A DNA stretch of 64,000 nt. It comes from Nitriliruptorales bacterium (GTDB lineage Bacteria > Actinomycetota > Nitriliruptoria > Nitriliruptorales > JAHWKO01). Under the pieces are notes generated by a model. It saw nothing but the letters and a program-made list of their open reading frames with translations. It was not told the DNA's origin and did no database searches. The position numbers and the translations under genes are program-made. The stretch lies in contig JBHELG010000084.1 in NCBI GenBank assembly GCA_046263195.1, forward strand, positions 4,855 to 68,854, in the 5' to 3' direction. Shown here piece after piece: positions 60,913 through 64,000 of the stretch. Positions within the stretch are counted from its first letter, which is position 1; each line of letters opens with the position of its first letter.

Positions 60913-61517
60913 CCGTTGCCGCGCTGTATGGGGGCTCCGCACCACATCATCAGGCGCTGCACGGCGAGCCGGCCGGACCCTGGATCGACGAGGTCATCTA
61001 CCTGCCGCATGCCACCAACGCGGATCTGAGCCACCACCAGTTCCTGCTCGTTCCCGAGCGACTGCACCGTGGACTGCTCCACCTCGCGGCTCCGATTGTC
61101 ATGGACTTCCTCGGAAGCGGTGGGACGGTCGTCGCTTTCGGGGGCCAGCCCACCGGCTGGTTGCCGGGCCTGCACTGGGAGCATCGGCCGACGAACTTCT
61201 GGTGGTGGCGAGAGCCGGAAGGACGGAGTGGACTCGTCGCCCGCGACCCCGACCACCCCTTCTTCCGTCATGTCCCCTTACGAGACGCTACCTGGCACTT
61301 CCACGGCGTCTTCCATCCGTCCCCGGGGGCCGAGACGATCCTCGCGAGCGACGTCGGCGGCGCAGTGCTCTACATCGACGAGGCTTCCACCGGCGGGACC
61401 CTCATCGTGACGTCGCTCGATCCCCTCTACCACGTCGGGTCCTACTTCATGCCCGCGGCAGGGCGCTTCCTGGCAGGCTTTCTGCCGTGGCTGTTGGGAC
61501 CCCGCCCCGGGCCTTGA
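60909..61517 (+). CDS. Conserved uncharacterised protein (same fold), paralog 2
   Basis: ATGA overlap. FL..GGTVV.FG..WLPG, NFWWW, HPFF..TWHFHG and LYID..ST.GTLIVTSLDP.YH. Confidence 0.8.
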   Translation: MTVAALYGGSAPHHQALHGEPAGPWIDEVIYLPHATNADLSHHQFLLVPERLHRGLLHLAAPIVMDFLGSGGTVVAFGGQPTGWLPGLHWEHRPTNFWWWREPEGRSGLVARDPDHPFFRHVPLRDATWHFHGVFHPSPGAETILASDVGGAVLYIDEASTGGTLIVTSLDPLYHVGSYFMPAAGRFLAGFLPWLLGPRPGP

Positions 61518-61541
61518 CGCGCGGCCTGACTCGATGACGCG

Positions 61542-61814
61542 CTAGCCGCCCTCCGCCGTCCGCTCGCCTGACCGAGCGTTCTGCTCGGCGGTCTCCTGCT
61601 GGGAGCGGGCGGTCTGCTCGGTGGTCTCCTGCTGCGAGCGCGCCCAGAAGCCGGCGAGCTGCTGCTGGGTGTCGGCCCAGAGACGTACCAAGTCCTGCTG
61701 CCACCGCATAGCCTCGCTGAACAGACGCTCGTTGACCTCCTGGAAGCCGAGTAGCGCCTGGTTCCACGCATCGGCAGCATCCGAGGTGCGCCGCCGCTCA
61801 CCCTGATCCGACAT
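61542..61814 (-). CDS. Small Gln-rich amphipathic protein with 11-aa repeat
   Basis: ATG 61814; AWNQALLGFQEVNERLFSEAMRWQQDLVRLW; ARSQQETTEQT/ARSQQETAEQN. Confidence 0.6.
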   Translation of the reverse strand: MSDQGERRRTSDAADAWNQALLGFQEVNERLFSEAMRWQQDLVRLWADTQQQLAGFWARSQQETTEQTARSQQETAEQNARSGERTAEGG

Positions 61815-61921
61815 CCTTCGGCCCTTCGATAAAACGAACACCTTCATCTCTAACCGATTGCGGCGACCGCATCAAGGGGCGGGCGTGCGCAACGTTCGAA
61901 ACACGTCCGGTTCACGTCCGG

Positions 61922-62425
61922 TTACAGGTAGAGCCCGCTGGCCTGCTCGGTAGGCTGCTCCGGCGGGGGCAGCGCCTGGCGGCGACGCAGCTGGGCGAGC
62001 TGCTGTTGCGCCGCCGCCTGCTGCGCGGCGATCGTCGCCTGTATGCCGTGGAAGACTCCTTCGAGCCAGCCGAGCAGCTGAGCCTGAGCCACGCGCAACT
62101 CAGCCTCGGTGGGCGGACCGTCGTCGACTGTGAGGGCGACTTCATCCAACTCGTCCCGGAGGTTCTCGCTCACCGCTTCGCCGAGCATGTGCAGGCAGCG
62201 CCGATGGATCTCGGCCAGTCGACTGCGACCACGCTCGTCGAGCTCGACCTGTCGCACCTCGTCGAGCATCGCCCGGGTCATGGACGCGAGGCGAAGGAGT
62301 CGGGCGGGGTGGTCGATCTCCTCGTGGGGACCGGAAGGGACCATTCCCGGCGGCCCAGAGGGGCTCTCGGATGTCTGCTGCTCTTGCGGCTGCGGATCCG
62401 CTGGGGCCGGCCCATCCGTCGCCAT
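61922..62425 (-). CDS. bpa: Bacterial proteasome activator Bpa/PafE
   Basis: PARLLRLASM..LDEVR..LDE, ELRVAQAQLLGWLEGVFHGIQ and a C-terminal HbYX motif GLYL. Confidence 0.93.
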   Translation of the reverse strand: MATDGPAPADPQPQEQQTSESPSGPPGMVPSGPHEEIDHPARLLRLASMTRAMLDEVRQVELDERGRSRLAEIHRRCLHMLGEAVSENLRDELDEVALTVDDGPPTEAELRVAQAQLLGWLEGVFHGIQATIAAQQAAAQQQLAQLRRRQALPPPEQPTEQASGLYL

Positions 62426-62463
62426 GAGGTCTCCATTCGTCGCTGACGAACCAGCTTAAGGGC

Positions 62464-62540
62464 GGGAGGGCGGTCTTGGCTTGTCCGGGGAGGGCCGCAG
62501 GCCTGGAGGGCGGGGACAGACAAGGCCGCCGGCGGGACCA
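62464..62540. repeat. Long copy of the dispersed hairpin repeat family
   Basis: Homologous to 19764-19840. Stem GGCGGTCTTG / CAAGGCCGCC; tail GGCGGGACC. Confidence 0.85.
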
Positions 62541-62722
62541 TTGAAGGGCGGAGAGGACGGTCTCGGGCAGCCGCAGATGCACCTGAAGCCGGGTCGCCTC
62601 GACGGTCCGTTTCGCGGCGCTAGGCTCGCCGCATCGGTCGCGGGAGGTCCCCGCTCCCCTGGATCTCAGGTCACACGGCAGGTCGTGCTGCGAGCTGCCG
62701 AGCGCTAAGAGGAGGGACCGCG

Positions 62723-63832
62723 GTGTCCGAGACGGTGAGGCTCGACCCGGTGAGCAACGACGTGCTGTTGCCCGATCCCCAGCCGGTCCAATTGCTCGAC
62801 CCAGCCGGGAACTTGCGCGAGCACGACGAGTACCCGCTCGATCTCAAGGACGACGATCTCCACAGCCTCTACCGCTACCTCATCATTGCCCGTCGCGTCG
62901 ACAAGGAGGCGATGAACCTTCAGAGGCAGGGCCAGCTGGCGGTTTATCCACCGTCCTTGGGACAGGAGGCTGCCCAGGTCGGCAGCGCCTACGCGATGGC
63001 GACGCAGGACTGGGCCTTCACCTCATACCGGGAGACCGCCGTCGCGCTCGTTCGAGGTGTCGACCCGGTCGCCATCCTGCACTTCTTCCGCGGCACGTGG
63101 CTGAGCGACCACGACCCCTACGAGCACAACTTCGCTCCCATGACGATCTCGATCGGAACACAGACCCCTCACGCGGTCGGATTCGCGCTGGGCGCGAAGC
63201 TCGCTGGGGACCCGCTCGTCACCGTCGCCTACTTCGGGGACGGCGCCACATCCGAGGGCGACACCCACGAGGCCCTGAACTTCGCCGGAGTCTTCCAGAC
63301 GCCGTGCGTCTTCCTGTGTCAGAACAACCACTATGCGATCTCCGTGCCGCTGTCCCAGCAGACCCGCGCCCCGAGCATCGCCCACAAGGCGGTCGGTTAC
63401 GGCATGCCAGGAGTGCGCTGCGACGGGAATGACGTGCTAGGCACGTACGCCACGACGAAGAGAGCCGTCGAACGAGCACGGGCCGGTGGGGGGCCGACAT
63501 TGGTGGAGGCTGTCACCTATCGTCTCGAAGCCCATACGACCTCGGACGATCCGACCCGCTATCGCTCGAGGGAAGAGCTCGACTACTGGGCGACCTTCGA
63601 TCCCATCGTCCGCTTCGAGAAGTTCCTCAAGGATCGGGAGCTTTGGAGCGAAGATCTCGCCTCCGCGGTCGTCGACGAGGCGGACGAGTTCGCGGCCCGG
63701 GTGCGCGCCGAGATCTTCGATGCTCCTCACGGTGACCCGCTCGAGCTGTTCGAGCACGTGTATGTCGATCCGCCCCACGACTACCTGCGTCAGCGAGCGC
63801 AGTTGCAGGCCGAGCTCGAGCGAGAGGCCTAG
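62723..63832 (+). CDS. pdhA: 2-oxoacid (pyruvate/branched-chain) dehydrogenase E1 alpha
   Basis: RQGQL..YPPS.GQEAAQVG, YFGDGATSEGD, QNNHYAIS and HTTSDDPTRYR. Confidence 0.93.
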   Translation: MSETVRLDPVSNDVLLPDPQPVQLLDPAGNLREHDEYPLDLKDDDLHSLYRYLIIARRVDKEAMNLQRQGQLAVYPPSLGQEAAQVGSAYAMATQDWAFTSYRETAVALVRGVDPVAILHFFRGTWLSDHDPYEHNFAPMTISIGTQTPHAVGFALGAKLAGDPLVTVAYFGDGATSEGDTHEALNFAGVFQTPCVFLCQNNHYAISVPLSQQTRAPSIAHKAVGYGMPGVRCDGNDVLGTYATTKRAVERARAGGGPTLVEAVTYRLEAHTTSDDPTRYRSREELDYWATFDPIVRFEKFLKDRELWSEDLASAVVDEADEFAARVRAEIFDAPHGDPLELFEHVYVDPPHDYLRQRAQLQAELEREA

Positions 63833-63835
63833 CGA

Positions 63836-64000
63836 ATGGTCGTGACGATGGCCCAGGCCCTGAACCAGGCCCTTCGCGACGCGATGGAGCAGGACGAGCG
63901 CGTCCTCGTCTTCGGTGAGGACGTGGGCCGGTTGGGTGGGGTCTTCCGCATCACCGACAGGCTCCAGGAGAAGTTCGGCGGAGAGCGCTGCTTCGACACT
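63836..64000 (+). CDS. pdhB: 2-oxoacid dehydrogenase E1 beta, 5' part (runs off window)
   Basis: [41 protein letters not shown]...RCFDT; not in the ORF track. Confidence 0.92.
   Translation, partial: MVVTMAQALNQALRDAMEQDERVLVFGEDVGRLGGVFRITDRLQEKFGGERCFDT

Noticed and set aside
61885-61905. GTTCGA half-site resembling an SOS box
   Set aside because: No matching TCGAAC half at the 4-nt spacing.

Overview
High-GC chromosomal window from an Actinomycetota genome (deeper class not determinable from sequence alone). It carries the conserved actinobacterial backbone etfB-etfA ... iscS-mnmA-ligA ... gatCAB ... ilvBNC ... serA, plus mce/thiolase/meaB, bpa and pdhA/pdhB. Accessory genes are interspersed. 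I found no rRNA, tRNA, CRISPR array or intact transposase. Main things the ORF track does not show: (1) a dispersed intergenic hairpin repeat family (GCGGTCTTGG..CCAAGACCGC with a GGGACAG tail) in at least 5-6 copies, including an about 77-nt pair with structure-preserving substitutions; (2) a six-gene, mostly translationally coupled ABC-uptake operon ending in two uncharacterised paralogous cytoplasmic proteins; (3) a small HTH gene plus a stand-alone Clp N-domain gene behind a leaderless promoter with two palindromic operators; (4) a Val/Ile-rich ilvB leader peptide with an attenuator-like hairpin; (5) a tipA orthologue with a 19-bp-spacer MerR promoter; (6) a 21-bp in-frame VNTR inside gatB; (7) a LexA box in front of a decayed DUF222/HNH gene. 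Five accessory genes are frameshifted while the core genes are intact. All family assignments come from motif recognition, not database searches.
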